A stretch of DNA of 51,934 nt from positions 138,353 through 190,286 of the forward strand of contig JAAOMT010000638.1 in assembly GCA_016748015.1 (NCBI GenBank). Reading direction: 5' to 3'. Shown piece by piece: positions 1-13,161 of this stretch; position 1 is the first letter of the stretch; each line of letters opens with the position of its first letter. The position numbers and the translations under genes are program-made. Under the pieces are notes generated by a model that was not told the DNA's origin, searched no databases, and saw only the letters and a list, made by a program, of their open reading frames with translations. Source of the stretch: Geosiphon pyriformis uo1. Lineage: Eukaryota; Fungi; Glomeromycota.

Positions 1-774
1 AAGAAACTTTAAAAAGTTATATTCACATATATATTAACAACTTAAGTAACAAAAAATTATAATTACTTCAAATTTTTTGTTAAGTTAATATTTGAAAATT
101 TGTTAACTTGTTTTCAACATATAACAAAATATTTATTTTTGTTGTTGCTAGATTAAAAACTAACAAGTGTCATAAACTAAGTAACAATAGTAATGAAACT
201 GAGCTTTATATTTTACTTTTATTATGAATAATCATATTAATCAATTTTAATAAAATAATTTTCATATGTGCTATTCCTTTATATTTACTGCTTAGTATTA
301 TAGACATATTTATAAAATAAAATTATAAAAAAATAATCTGATACATATTTTAATAATGAAAAGTACAAAAATTTATATTTATGAATTAATATGTAATAAT
401 TAATCTTATAATAATTGGTATTAATTATTTAATATTAAATATTCTCCAATAAAAAAAGTCAACTTCATTAAAAAAAATTTTAAAATCTTCAAATATAAAA
501 TCAATACATGGTATAGAAATTATTTATGCTACAATTTTTATTTATGTTATATATTAGTTGTCTTATCAAATACTCATCCAGAAATATATGATAAAAAATC
601 AAGAAAACGTAATTTTTAATAATTCAAAAGTAGTTTAACTTAAAAATTGTCAGAAATTCTACTTTATAACAATCTCTACTTAATTAAAAGTGGTAAAAAT
701 CAATAAAAAACCGGAAGCAAGAGAAGTGATAAGTATATTTGTATTAAATCATTATATAAAATGGAAACCTTATT
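1..774. repeat. Dispersed degenerate repeat, copy A (runs off window start)
   Basis: 137-232 aligns with 9645-9740 (ctagattaaaaac...aagtaacaa...aaactsagcttta.attttactttttattatgaataa). 531-774 aligns with 9900-10153 (taattcaaaagtagtt...ggaagcaagagaagtgrtaagtatatttgta...aaatcattatataaaatggaaa). Confidence 0.8.
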
Positions 775-2137
775 AATATTCTATTTTATGCGAATTGAAA
801 GTATTTTTTATAATTCAAAAACCATTTTTTTAATAAATACGAATATATTATGAGTCAAAATAATATAACATCACTGCCAAAGTAATTTTAAACTAAAATT
901 ATACTTTCCAATGTATAGGAAAATTTGCAAATCAATTTTTTAATAAGTATTCTGTTTTATAATCCGCTTAAATTGAATTGATGTTGAAATACTAGTTATA
1001 AAAATTCACTAATAAGAATCTTAAACATCTGATTAACTCATTCTTTGAATTATGAAAAGTGAAGTCCTACACTGGAGTTGAAATATAAAAATTATTGCCA
1101 GTTTCTGTAGTTCTAAATTTACTAAAAATCAAGAACTGATTCTAGCAGGATGGCTGAAAATTGTATGCTTTTTGCACATTCATCCTAATACATAATTAAT
1201 AATATGATGCTTTTATTTGTAAAAAAAAACTGACAATATAATAGTATTTAAAATTTCTTTGTTTTGACGAATAATAAATTAAAATGATATATTCTTATTC
1301 TCAGAACGAAAAATAACTTAATTGCAAGAAATTTTAACTTTTCATAATTTCATTATACATGTATCAGCATAATAAACCTGAAAACTATAAGAATTATTTT
1401 TACATTGGTAAAAAAAATTTTAAGAGACTATGTTATTATAATACAATAAAAAATTGTTTTTATCAATAATAAAACTATAAAAAAGAAGGAATGCCGAAAC
1501 ACTAATACTTTCAAACTTTATAATCAAAGAAAGTAAGAGGAAAACAATTATTAAACTAGAATAATAATATTTATTATTATTATATTTCATATATGAAACT
1601 TTTTAATGTTTAGAGCACTTCTTATTGTATTTTTTAATTGTTTTTAGCTATAAAATATGAAAACCATCTTCTTTATGCTGTGACTATTTACAATATTCTG
1701 TTTAATGTATTGATTTTTTTCTGCTACAATTTATAAATACTTATATTCTTAATAATTAACTCTACTATAATGATTTATATTATTCTCTTATCTGTTTCAT
1801 AATTTAAAGAAATATGAATTTTTCTCATACTAATTATATTTAGCCATTTTAGAATAAACAAGTAAAAAAACAAAACAAAATAAATTATGAGGATCTGTGT
1901 AGTTATTTTAATTATTAAAAAAAATTCTAAAGCTAATTCTTTATTTAAAACTTAGATTAAAAACACATTTAATAACTATATAATAAAACTCAAAAAATTA
2001 TCTTCAAATTAATTATATTAAAAAAGTTTAGTTACCCCACCTTTTTATTTTTGAAATAGAAATGCATAATTTCTAATAAGTCCTGCAAGCAAATTTTATT
2101 CTACATATGATTAATTATAATAAGAAGAGGGTAATAT

Positions 2138-2964
2138 TGTTATGTTTAATGTGATTTACTCTTGCTTTTAGCTTATTTAATGGTAAACCTACTATTGGCT
2201 ACCAATGAAAAATTACCGGCATTTACCAACTCATAAATATAAACACCTATAATCAGTTCAAATCATGACCCACGAATCCAAAGAACACCAAGTTACCAAT
2301 ATCATTAACAACTCAACAATAATAAACAAATTATGGAATACAAAATTGATCATTGTTAGTCTGTAGAAGAGGGAATAATTTAGTTTTAGTTTAGTAAAAA
2401 AAGCGAGAGGATATAACTCAGCATGATTAATGATGGCATTTGTGATAATTGACTAGCGAGTGACAAATATTACTTTTGTAATACTAAGAGAGTTATTAGA
2501 ATTTTCATTGCTAAGATTCCTAATACCCTTGTATGTTAAAGCTTGCCATATTTGTCAATAATTTTTTCTATATCCACCTAGTTTAAATAGAAATAAAACT
2601 TTATCAGTATTTAACAAAGTTATCAGGAAGGGTTTTTACAATGCTAAAATGGTTTACCTGTTGCCAATTTTGATAAACCCTGTTTATCGTTTAAGCCTAT
2701 TGAATTTTAACTCGGAAATTTGAGATGATCGATATAGAATATGTAAGAAACTTAATGTATAATAAAATATTGTAAGTGTTTAAATAATGACGTTCAAATT
2801 TTTTAAATAACAATAGTTTAGTTTTTGACAGTTTTCTGGATGAAAGAAAATTATTTTGGCCTATGAAACACCATTAAGGATCAATGTATAAAACTATTTT
2901 ACAGCTTTGGGTTTGTAAGCTAGCTAGCTTTTAACACAGTCTCAATGCTGATTTTATCATTACA
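2138..2964. mobile_element. Solo LTR (827 bp), probably Ty3/Gypsy-type
   Basis: Starts TGTTATG (2138) and ends CATTACA (2964), giving TG...CA termini with a 6/7 terminal inverted match. Flanked by identical ATAT at 2134-2137 and 2965-2968 (4-bp TSD). GC is higher than the flanks and there is no intact ORF. Confidence 0.65.
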
Positions 2965-3348
2965 ATATACAAACGACATATATCTCTTATAAATTTTTTA
3001 AGATTTTATTTATTATTAAAATTAAGATTTTTATTTAGAGCTTTAATAATTATTGTTAAATTATAAGTTTTATTATATAGTTCTTTAAATATTGTACATG
3101 ATAAAATATTACATAAATAAAGCAATGATAAAAACTTTTTATAATTACTTTTATTGCTTTCAAGGTTTCAAGGACTTTTGTCATCTATAAAAAAATGTAT
3201 ATATGAGTATTTGTATTTGCTAAAAGAAAAACGGTGCAGCAAGTTCAAGATAATTATCATTATCCCAAAAAATTACTACACAATCCTTTTTTTATTTTTT
3301 AATGTTTAACTTTTAAGCAAGTACAATACTCAGCGATACTCACCTTAT

Positions 3349-3481
3349 ATAGGAATGAAGAGAGAGAAAAAGACAGGAAGGGAGAACAAAAAAAGAATGA
3401 GACAGGAAAGCGATAAAGAAAGGAAGGAAGGGAAACAAAGTGATAAAAAAAATGAAAAGAAGCGATAAAGGGAAGGAAAGG
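3349..3481 (+). repeat. Purine-rich low-complexity tract
   Basis: About 130 nt almost entirely A/G, with recurring units agacaggaa, agcgataaag and ggaaggaa. Confidence 0.7.
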
Positions 3482-4169
3482 CTGTTTTTATATAAAAAAA
3501 TTTTCATATTATTAGGTTATTCGTTATAAACATAGCCCTCCCTTCGAAATGATGTAATTTTAGAACAGCAGCTCATCTTAACCAAAAAAGAATTTTAATC
3601 ACTAATTTTTTTTAAGAGCAAAGATAAAGTGGAAGATAGAAAATATCTATCAAGATCTATCTCACGCTAGTGGTGCCAGGTTCACACAAAACAACATGGG
3701 CGTAAAGCACAAACTCCGAACCCTTAAAATTTTCCCATGCAAGGAATTTTTTTTGTCATCTCCCTGACATATCCCTGTTATCATCATTATTGTTTCGAAT
3801 CTTAATTACAGAACTCATGTGTCATTGTTTGTAAATATGGAGGATATCATAGTATAGGCAGTGCTCCTAAAGATGACTGGTGTTATGGTTCTATTTTTTT
3901 TATGAAATGAAATAGAAGCTGAAAACTCTAGCAAATAACTATTAGTTAGCATAGAGGACTGGGTTTTAAGAATAATTTCTTTAAAAAGAGAATATGACAT
4001 AATTTACCGAAATAAGAAAGTCTAATTAAGGTTTTTTGTACAAATAGATGAAAAAATGTTTTTGTAACTATTACTTTAAAAATCTTTACTAAAAGAAACA
4101 AAAGTGGGAATTCTCTCAAGAACTGGAAGAAAAAAAAATGAAAAATGGGAAAAATCAGATTTTTATGTA

Positions 4170-4470
4170 GTTCGAGATGTCAAAGAATAGATTTTCTCAC
4201 AAAATCAAACTCTTGAAGGCGTTTTTCAACTTGTCCCCAAGAAAATTTATCAGCCAACATTTGCTTGTCTGCTTAGGTATCTTTATAACTACGGATTGGG
4301 CACAATATCTGATGAATAGCAAGCCTTTAATTTCTAACAAAAAAAGCACTGAAACTGGTTATTCATTAGGTCAAGCTCGATATGGGTATTGTTATATTGC
4401 CTTGGTTGGAACCAGTCAAGATAAGCACCAAGTCATCCCGGGATAAAGCAAGGAAAAAGCATTTTATTAA
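4170..4470 (+). pseudogene. Sel1-like repeat (SLR) protein pseudogene fragment
   Basis: Joining two frames gives FACLLRYLYNYGLGTISDE*QAFNF*QK/STETGYSLGQARYGYCYIALVGTSQDKHQ, matching the SLR pattern (LGyxYxxGxGtxxDxxxAfxwyxkaaexG). Stops at 4317 and 4335, with a frameshift in the A-run near 4340. Confidence 0.75.
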
Positions 4471-6475
4471 AGGAGGTAAAATCTCGAGAGTTAAAGACTA
4501 TAGCTGCATTATTAAAAGCTATTTCATTGCAGAAATTTTGTGGCAATAAATCATCAAGGTCTAGTTTATTTTTCAAACAGTTATTTTTCTAATTTATATA
4601 TGGTAGATTTTGTAATTGATTTATTCGACCCATTAATAAAGTAAACATTTCAAAACGAATTTTTGATGTATATTTTCTTAAAGAAAAATTTAATAAAGTT
4701 AATAAAGTCAGAATATAATTTTACGCACTTTATAAAACTTAAATTTATATTAAATCTGTCACAGTATATTTCAAATTGATGTGGTATATTAATAATCATC
4801 AATTTATAGACCAAATTTAAATGAAAATTAATTTAATATATCAAAAATCAAAATTTAAAAACGAATTAGTTTTTAGATTCAGTATTTAACAAATTTGATA
4901 ATTTAATTTTAAACATTAAGACCTATATTTTTTATAATGATTTTTATTAATAAACCAAAAAATTTTCTAATGAATTAAATTATTAATCCAATGTTAAAAT
5001 ATTTGAATTTTGTAATTTTCTAACCACAATATAGATGAATTTTATAAAGAGAATTTTTTTTCGAATCATAATTTATATTCTACTATTTATAAAACTTTCT
5101 TAAGAATTTTTAGACTTTTATCTAATATAAAAATTATTATTAAAATTTAAAAAATAAAAAATAAAATAACTTATAAATAAATACAATGAGTTATTTTAAA
5201 ATATATTGAAAGGAGTATAAAAAATGGTACAGTCAATATAATATTGAATAAATATATATCCTATGCAAAGATTGCTATTACATTTATTAAGAGTCATTTC
5301 AACATAGCAAAATAATAAGCATTAAATAATTACATTTAATTATATTCTCAATTTTTTTAAATTCTTACTTTCAAGGAGATACACAGGTTCTTTGAAATCT
5401 ATAAGTTGGAATTTATAATATTAAATATTAAGTATATAATATAAGAATCATAATAATAATGGTAATTACATTGGGGCAATGAAAGTTTTACACTAAATCA
5501 CTCGTTTATTAATTGAAAACGGTTATGCTTTTCATATGTACAATCCCAAGGTTTTTTTATTAGTAGTTAATTAACTTATTTAAAATTTCATGCAAAATAT
5601 CTTCTCGCTCTTTCATTACAAAATACTCTATTTCTAATAGATATCCTAGCATCCGTTGTTTTACATTTCCACAACTATACTCCACATATTTTTGATAGAA
5701 TTTAGATTACAACTATTGATCATTTCGGAAAAAAAATTTAAAATTATTTATTAGCTATGCTTCGGATTTTTATACTATTGGAATCGCCATTCATTACCAA
5801 CATTGTTTTTCTTGGGTATATGTGGTCTCAAGAAGTATATTTAAATTATATGTTAATAAATGGAAATTAAATTAACTGAATTTTGTGCAGACACTGTAAA
5901 GTCGGATTATAATAAAAACTGGCTTCTGAAAAATAATATGAGAATTTTATTATAGATTGATCATTAAAATCAAGTTTTATTTTGATATTTATAATGTATA
6001 TTATATTTCTGAAATTAATCACTGATTTTTATAAATGTAACATATCTTTCAAGTTCCATCATAGCCTATACTTTACAAATAGTTATATATATATATTGCT
6101 ATTTTTAGTAAAAAACTTATACCGTGTACGAATATTTAACTCTTATCCAAATTTGTCATTTTATATCTCGACTTTTTGTTTAGATTGTTTATTGAGTTTG
6201 ACTTATGCCTAAAATTCGAAAGATCGCTCTATATTAAAATTTGATGTGGGCAATTCTTATCTTTTTATTCCAAAAGTAAGAAAATGTTCTCTAAAAAAAG
6301 ATTCATTAGTAATCCTATTCAGAATGTACTGGGTTTAAAATAAGATTTTATTTGCGAATTTGGCTTTCTTGGAAGGGGGACAAGAGCGATAGACTATAAA
6401 AGATTTTACAAGTACAAATTTCAAAATTGGGAGTCCTATTTAGCCTAACCTTAAGAAAATATCTAATCCAGTGAT

Positions 6476-7409
6476 TTAATTATTGATGATTTGAAAAACT
6501 TCATATTCATCAAAAAAAAATTCTACCGTTGTATTTTCTGACCCAGGCATTATAACGTGTTCATAATTTGTTTCCTTTTTACAACTGCATGGAATAGATT
6601 GAAAATTACTACTATAGGTTCGAATACTATGTGAGCCAAATTCAGGTCCATAATTTTTATGACAAAAAGGTCCATTTTTGCTAATAAACTTGCTAAGTTT
6701 GGCATTTTGAGCTTTGCCATCTCCAAGGGAAAAAATAAAACTTTCTTTTCCATCTATCCAATCCCAACGAGAATGCCAAGATTCTGGGTTATAGCCGCCA
6801 ATTAATTGACCAGTCCCTTTGACTTTGATTACAGTAACTGTTGCTCCTTTGTTATCACATAACCGATGAAAATCATTTGGTGAGAATCCGTCTCGACTGC
6901 CTCGAAGTAGTAATTTAAATTCATTTTCAAGTTGATCTTTCAAAGGAGTATTTTTGTCTTTGCCTTGAATCCAATGATCAAGCTGTTTTATATTATGCGA
7001 TTGGAGAAGCTTTGAATCAAAATTTGATCGTGAAAACCGTAATGGCTGAGCGTCAACAGATTTTTGATTAGATAATGGTGTAAAAGATCTTCATATAAGG
7101 TTCCAGGTAAAATTCTCGCAAATGGCTTTACTTTATGATAAAAGTCAACTGAAGAGATGTTAAANNNNNNNNNNNNNNNNNNNNATTAGGTTTAGAAAAG
7201 ACGATAGTGTTATTTTCTCTTTTAACCCAATCACCAGAGAGTGCTATAGCAAAATACGAGGATCTTGCCGCTAAAATTTGAGAATGAACATGAAAAGTCC
7301 TAGTATTAGGCGCTTCGCCAACAATAATCCTAACATCAGAAAAATTCTGACTATTCAATAAGCTCTCGAAATCGTGAGATAAAGCGTGAAATAGTTGTTG
7401 GGGTGCCAT
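6476..7409 (-). CDS. BTB/POZ-BACK-TLDc domain protein, interrupted by an assembly gap and an apparent frameshift (possible pseudogene)
   Basis: N-terminal BTB (FSDVRIIVGEAPNTRTFHVHSQILAARSSYF), then 20 N. After the gap comes a BACK-end segment FNISSVDFYHKVKPFARILPGTLYEDLLHHYL. A frame change near 7060-7080 leads to ...FDSKLLQSHNIKQLDHWI...FKLLLRGSRDGF...FHRLCDNKGATVTVIKVKGTGQLIGGYNP...SFIFS...GPEFG...EYEVFQI (TLDc). Confidence 0.88.
7165..7184. other. Scaffold gap (20 N)
   Basis: Run of 20 n inside the BTB-TLDc gene. Confidence 0.99.
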
Positions 7410-8282
7410 TGATAAGATGTGAAAAGTTGATTTTAAAAAGAATGGTATTTTAATTTTATATTAATATTAATATACATTGGTTACCATAAATGATCAACCT
7501 GCTGCAGGAAATTTTTTAAAAAGGTAATAATTCCCTTATCATTTAATATCGTTTAAAGTTCTTTTAACAAATAACTTTTATATACCACAAGTCCATTAAA
7601 ACTCATTTTATTTGGAAGTTTCAAGAAATTCTCATTGTGAGTTAATTTAGAAGTTTTTTTTATTTAAATCAAAATCCACGAGAAATAACCTATATTTCTT
7701 TGAAAATAAGATTATAAAAGCTGTGCTAAATTAAATACTATGTACAAGTAAAATTTAACCGGGGAAACTTTGGTGTAGGTAAACAAAATAAATTATTAAA
7801 TTTATTATAAAGTAAAATATTAAAAAAGCTTTTTATAAACGCAAAATAAATGTTCTTATTTATGTTTAATTTAAAATTAATTATAAATTTTGACATAATA
7901 TTATTAATTATTATTAATAAATAACATCTCTCAACCAAATTTTAAATCTCCTAAAATAATTATTAAATTGTGAATTAATAAATTTCTTCAACATTATTTT
8001 TTTTAAGTGTAATTAAAAAGTTTGAATTTAAATATTCATAATGACTATATTAAATTTTTATAGTAATTGAAATTTTTTAGAAAATATTTTAAAATTTTTA
8101 ATGTTAAAAAAATTAATGTGAAATAATGCAAAACAATATTAATTTATTTATTATTCTCATTTATATCACACTTAACTTTTAAATCAAATATTGATTTAGA
8201 ATCAATGTCATAATAAGTACAAGTACAACTGATATAATATTATGCCACAATAAGCATTCTTAAAATCCAATAATAGTCAAAG

Positions 8283-8720
8283 AATGTAGCAAGCAAAAGC
8301 TGATCTTTATTCTAAAATCACAAAATTACTTACTATAAAATGTCAAAAAGCTGGAAAAATAGGAAAAATTGAGCACAAAGACGGAAATAGTCGTCGTAGA
8401 AATATTATCGCGAAAAGTAGGTCAATATGTTCATAAAAATTTTTAGTCTTTGCATATATGAAAAACCTACCAATTACTACACCAATGCTCATGCAAATTC
8501 AAAAGCAGAAACGTATTGAATGGACCAAATTTATTCTTATTTTCTGATGAAACAGCATTTCAACTGTTCTAAACATAATTTAACATTGGTATAAGACCAA
8601 AATATCGCACAAAAATTTTTGCATCGAGTGGTTCTTGTATGGAGAGAAAAACCATTTTGTTTTTGACGTATTATAGATGCCAAGTTTTATATTGAAATTT
8701 TGCAACAAAATATTGGAAAA
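8283..8720 (+). mobile_element. Degenerate Tc1/mariner transposase relic
   Basis: Fragments KLEKIGKIEHKDGNSRRR, LPITTPMLMQIQKQKRIEWTK, FSDETAFQLF*, PKYRTKIFA and IIDAKFYIEILQQ are homologous to the transposase at 48318. DNA similarity to 50660-51320 (ttgagcacaaagacgg.aatagtc.tcgtaga; gaaaagtaggtcaatatgtt). Confidence 0.85.
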
Positions 8721-9409
8721 TTTAATTTTTTGTCATATACTGCATATTAATTGATCTTATTTTTTAACTTCTTAAAGGCAATTTAATAATTTTGTGTTTA
8801 ATATGTTGTTAGTTTGATATTCATACTTAATTATCTTAATTAATTAATTTATAAGGTATTAGCCACTCATATTATATTATTATTTTAGTTATTTTAAACT
8901 AAATTTTGACTTAATCATTGCCTTGATCATTGATTTTTTTGTTGAATAAGTTATTGACTTAATCACTATCAAAATGTTAATTTTATTTTAAATTATTAAT
9001 AACATCTTTCTTTAAAATTAACTTATATTATTATTATTAAAATTAGGTTAAAATGTAAAAGATTTGCTTTGGTAAATTAGAATTAATAAGTAAAAGTAAA
9101 AAATTAATATGGAATAATAAAATTAATTTTGGAAGTTGGGTCAAATAAAAAGCAAACTGAATTTTTAAATAATTTAAAAGAGAAAAAATCTTGAACTATT
9201 AATTTTTAATTTAACAAAAAAATTTAAAAATGAAAAAAAGTTTGTGATTATTAATAAAAAATAATGCAGCTGCTATAATTTTATGTCTCAATTGGCAATT
9301 TTAAAGCAAGTTTTTACTTTTTAAACTAATTCTAACAAATACAAATAAAAAACATTAATTAATTCAAAGAAAAACTTTTAAGTTAATTGGAGAGTGAATG
9401 ATTTTTTGT

Positions 9410-10153
9410 AAAAATTTTAAGAAGTTATATCTACATGGTTACTAAACCAAATCGATAATCAGGCCAATAACAAACTAACAACACAAAGCAAGTCAATGTT
9501 CAAGTCATTAATCAGATTGTTAATCAAATTAATAATACTTCAAATTTTTTTTGTTAAATTAATAATTAAAGATTGATTTTTAATTGAGTTATTTATATAT
9601 TTTTGAGATTATAAATATTGTGAATTAATTTTTGCAATTAATTTTTTATTGTTACTAGATTAAAAACCAATAAGTATGATGATTTAAGTAACAACGGTAA
9701 TAAAACTCAGCTTTAAATTTTACTTTTTATTATGAATAACCATCCTGTGATAGTTGACATTAATTAAATAATATTAAAGAAATATTAAAGAAATATTAAA
9801 GAATTAAAGATTAAATTTTAAATTTTTTATCATATAAAATTTTCAATAAAATCTTAAAAACAATAAAGATTACATTAAGTATAAATTATTATTTGGGATA
9901 CAATTTTAATTTTTATTATATATTAATTGTTAAATCAAATACTAATTCAGAATTATATGATAAAAAATTAAGAAGAAAAATAAGTAAATTTTTTATAATT
10001 CAAAAGTAGTTGAACCTAAAAATTATGTGAAATTCTGCTTTATAATAATTTCTAATTAATTAAAAGTGTCAAAACATTAATGAAAAACTGGAAGCAAGAG
10101 AAGTGGTAAGTATATTTGTAAATAAATCATTATATAAAATGGAAAATCTTATT
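9410..10153. repeat. Dispersed degenerate repeat, copy B; contains an (aatattaaaga)x3 minisatellite at ~9770-9803
   Basis: Collinear, same-orientation homology to 1-774. Confidence 0.8.
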
Positions 10154-13100
10154 TGATCCACAAATTTCATTAATGTAAAGTATAGGCCAGTAAATAAGAT
10201 TCATTTTTGCTCAAATTTGAAAATCAAGAATGAAACGTAAACGTGGAGAAAAATATTTTTTATATTAGACTTGACAAAGAAATAAACCTCAATACATTTT
10301 TTTTTATATGTATTATTAAATTTACGGTAAAAAACCTTTCGAGGTTTTATACATTATAAAATTTATATTCATGAAATTTGTTTTTTAAATGGATTTTTTA
10401 AATTAAGCTTAATAAAAAATTTTTAATATTAAAGGCTGAAAAAGGTAATAATTTACTACATTTTTAAATTTAATTTTTCATTTTTAAAAATAATTTCAGT
10501 TTTATGAAATTGGTAGAAATAATTATAATGGAAAAAAATATAATTTTAAATATTTTAAAAAGAATTAGAAATAAAAATTATTTACTATTGGTGAAAAAAA
10601 AGACCATTTTTCAACTTCAATCACCTTTTGAAAGAGGGAAACCAACTTATTTCAACCGATCTCTGAGAATCATTTAATTCGACAAAAATATTTTGCATTC
10701 CTCTTAACCATACAAGTATAAAGGCGTAAAAAATTTGACAAAAAACTTATATTATTCTTGAATCAAATCCAATTTGTGTTCATTGTAAACATTGCTCAAT
10801 ATTTTCAAACAAAAAAATATTAAAAATTTGTGCAGGTCATATTTATTTGTGTATCTTTAAAGTAACTATATACATGTAAAATTTTTGATTCCTTAAAAAT
10901 TTTTCAAATCTTATTTTTTTGACGAATCATTTATTTCAACCTTAACCTAATCAATCATTTTACATGAGATAATCACAAGTTTGGACATCTTTCAAAAAAG
11001 ATTGGAAGGCTAAATTCTTGTCCTAGCCTTTTAATTTTTGCATTGTGACATTAATGAAAACCAGATCTGATCAAATTGGAATAGAGTTTGTTGAATACTC
11101 TCGCTAAATTTGGAAACTTTTTCATGGAGAGAGTTAACTTTGATCCAATCCATTAAGATTGTGATTTGTGAAATGTTCAAAAAAAGTCAGATGATTTAGA
11201 ATAAACAATCAAGGGAACTAACTTTTAAAGTAACAAGCATGAAGATCTAGAAATTAAACATTCGTTATCAGATTTTTGTCCTTGATTTTCGTTTTGTTTA
11301 ATACAAAATAAGATGGGAAAAAGTACATTTTTTATCAGATTCTTTGTGTTCGGGCATCCGAAACGCCCGTTATACTTATTTTTATGAAGATTAACTGTCA
11401 ATGAAAATTAATATCCGGCTCTCTGCAGGTATCACGCATATGAAAAATCAAATATCACTTGTAACCAAACAAATATGGAAAATCAGATAACTCCCTTTTC
11501 TGAGAGAATTGTAATTTCATTTTTGCGCATTATTCTTTGAAATGGATTGAATCACCCAGGAGTTGTTCGAGATACGGTGCGTGTCTGTCCCAAACATAAT
11601 AACGATAGGCTTTCATATTAAAAATTCCGGGTTTTCCCTGTACTAATTTTTGAACGTATTGCTACTTCGGACTTTCGATTTTTCTGCGTTTTTTCGATAT
11701 TTTTCGAGGTAAGAAAAAGCAGGTAGGGATTTTCACATTTACCATTTTTCGGATAAGATTCATCAAATTGACCTCTTTGTGTGTAAATATTAGGTAAAGT
11801 TTGGGTCAAATGACTTATAATTTTTATCGACGACGATATTTTGAATTATTTTAAATGGAGCCAATTTTTGGGGTATTTTAAATTTATATATTGATTCAAA
11901 TTCAAACAATTGAATCAAAATGAAATAATAGCTTTTGTTGTCCATTTTTTACCAAGATTCTCTATTCAAGGTTAGGTTGGAAATTAATATTCCCCTATTA
12001 AAACTAAAATTCTAACCTTGCGGGATGTTTTAACCCTAAAATTTTATCCAATAAAAAAAATTGTTCATAGTCTTTACGAATTCAAATTAGAAGGTGATGT
12101 TCAAATGAGTTGTAGGCCAAACATTTTTAGAGTTCATTACCTAGTAATTACATTATTTACGGGTTCTTCCGTATGCAAACTGATCTTTGTTTTGACCTGG
12201 CAATTGTTTCATTTCCACTTTTCATGTTAATATCCATTATGAACCCATTAAATGAATCTTCCCACGTAAAAATTTTGTTCAGGTGAGCTGAAATCTTTTC
12301 AAAAAACCCCCCTTACCGATCAGAGATCTGTTTAACAGAATTAGGTGAGGAATACGTTGTTGAATCATAATTTTTTCAAAAAATCAATTATAACAATAAT
12401 TATTACCTCAGAAATAGATCAATATCTTTCCCGAAGATCAATGAAACCTATCGTGTAAAAAGATTATTATTTCCCTTCTTTAATTTAAATAACAATTACG
12501 TCATATCTGATGCAAGCAGAAAATCTGGTTTTATTAAATTTTGAAATAAATCAAAAAGGTTTCTAAATCCCTTTAGTTAAATCTTTGAAAGTAAATTCAT
12601 TAATTCATGTCAAAGGCTTCTATAGCGTGGAAATTGAAAATTATCTTAAAATTATAAGGCAATTATATGAAAAACCCTCTTTTATGAAGTAAAGCTGAAA
12701 CTTTATAAAAGATCTCGTTAAATTCTGTTGTGATAATTTAAAAGGTAAATCAGGAATAAGAATGTGATAGAATGTGATAAATACCTCTAAGAAAAAGTTG
12801 CAAAAACAAAGCCTGATTGTCACTTGCAAATTTGTACCATGTGGCACTGAAGGGGAGAATCTGATAACAGTTGCACATACCGGAAATCTAATTTCGAAAA
12901 GGTTTATGGCTTTGATAGCCCTCATGTTTACGGAAAAAGAAATTTGTTTGGAACACACAAAACATTAAAATTTTTATTGTCATCCCATGGGGCTGTCGGC
13001 GTTTTAAAAAAAAACCTTTTACAATATTTATTAAAAGGAAACTGCCAGGTTTTTGATGATTTTCAATCCAAAAAATAATAGTTCAAAACTTTTTTATAAA

Positions 13101-13161
13101 GGCCTCTGCAGAAAACTTTTTTCATAAAATTTCAACAATCAACTGTGTAAGAAAATCAAAA

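Noticed and set aside
6941-6943. Separate TLDc-only gene starting at 6943
   Set aside because: The start is TTG and the frame stays open upstream; it is the 3' part of the BTB-BACK-TLDc gene.
8760-9560. Patchy inverted similarity (t.tgttgttagtttg.tatt) between ~8800 and ~9470
   Set aside because: Short matches in very AT-rich, degenerate DNA; boundaries could not be defined.
9770-9806. Short direct repeats (also 34721-34776) as possible CRISPR-like arrays
   Set aside because: Tandem units without unique spacers, in a eukaryotic context.
10600-12970. Moderately GC-rich region with several 60-105 aa ORFs
   Set aside because: No recognisable domain or consistent frame; may be a pseudogene but cannot be supported without a search.
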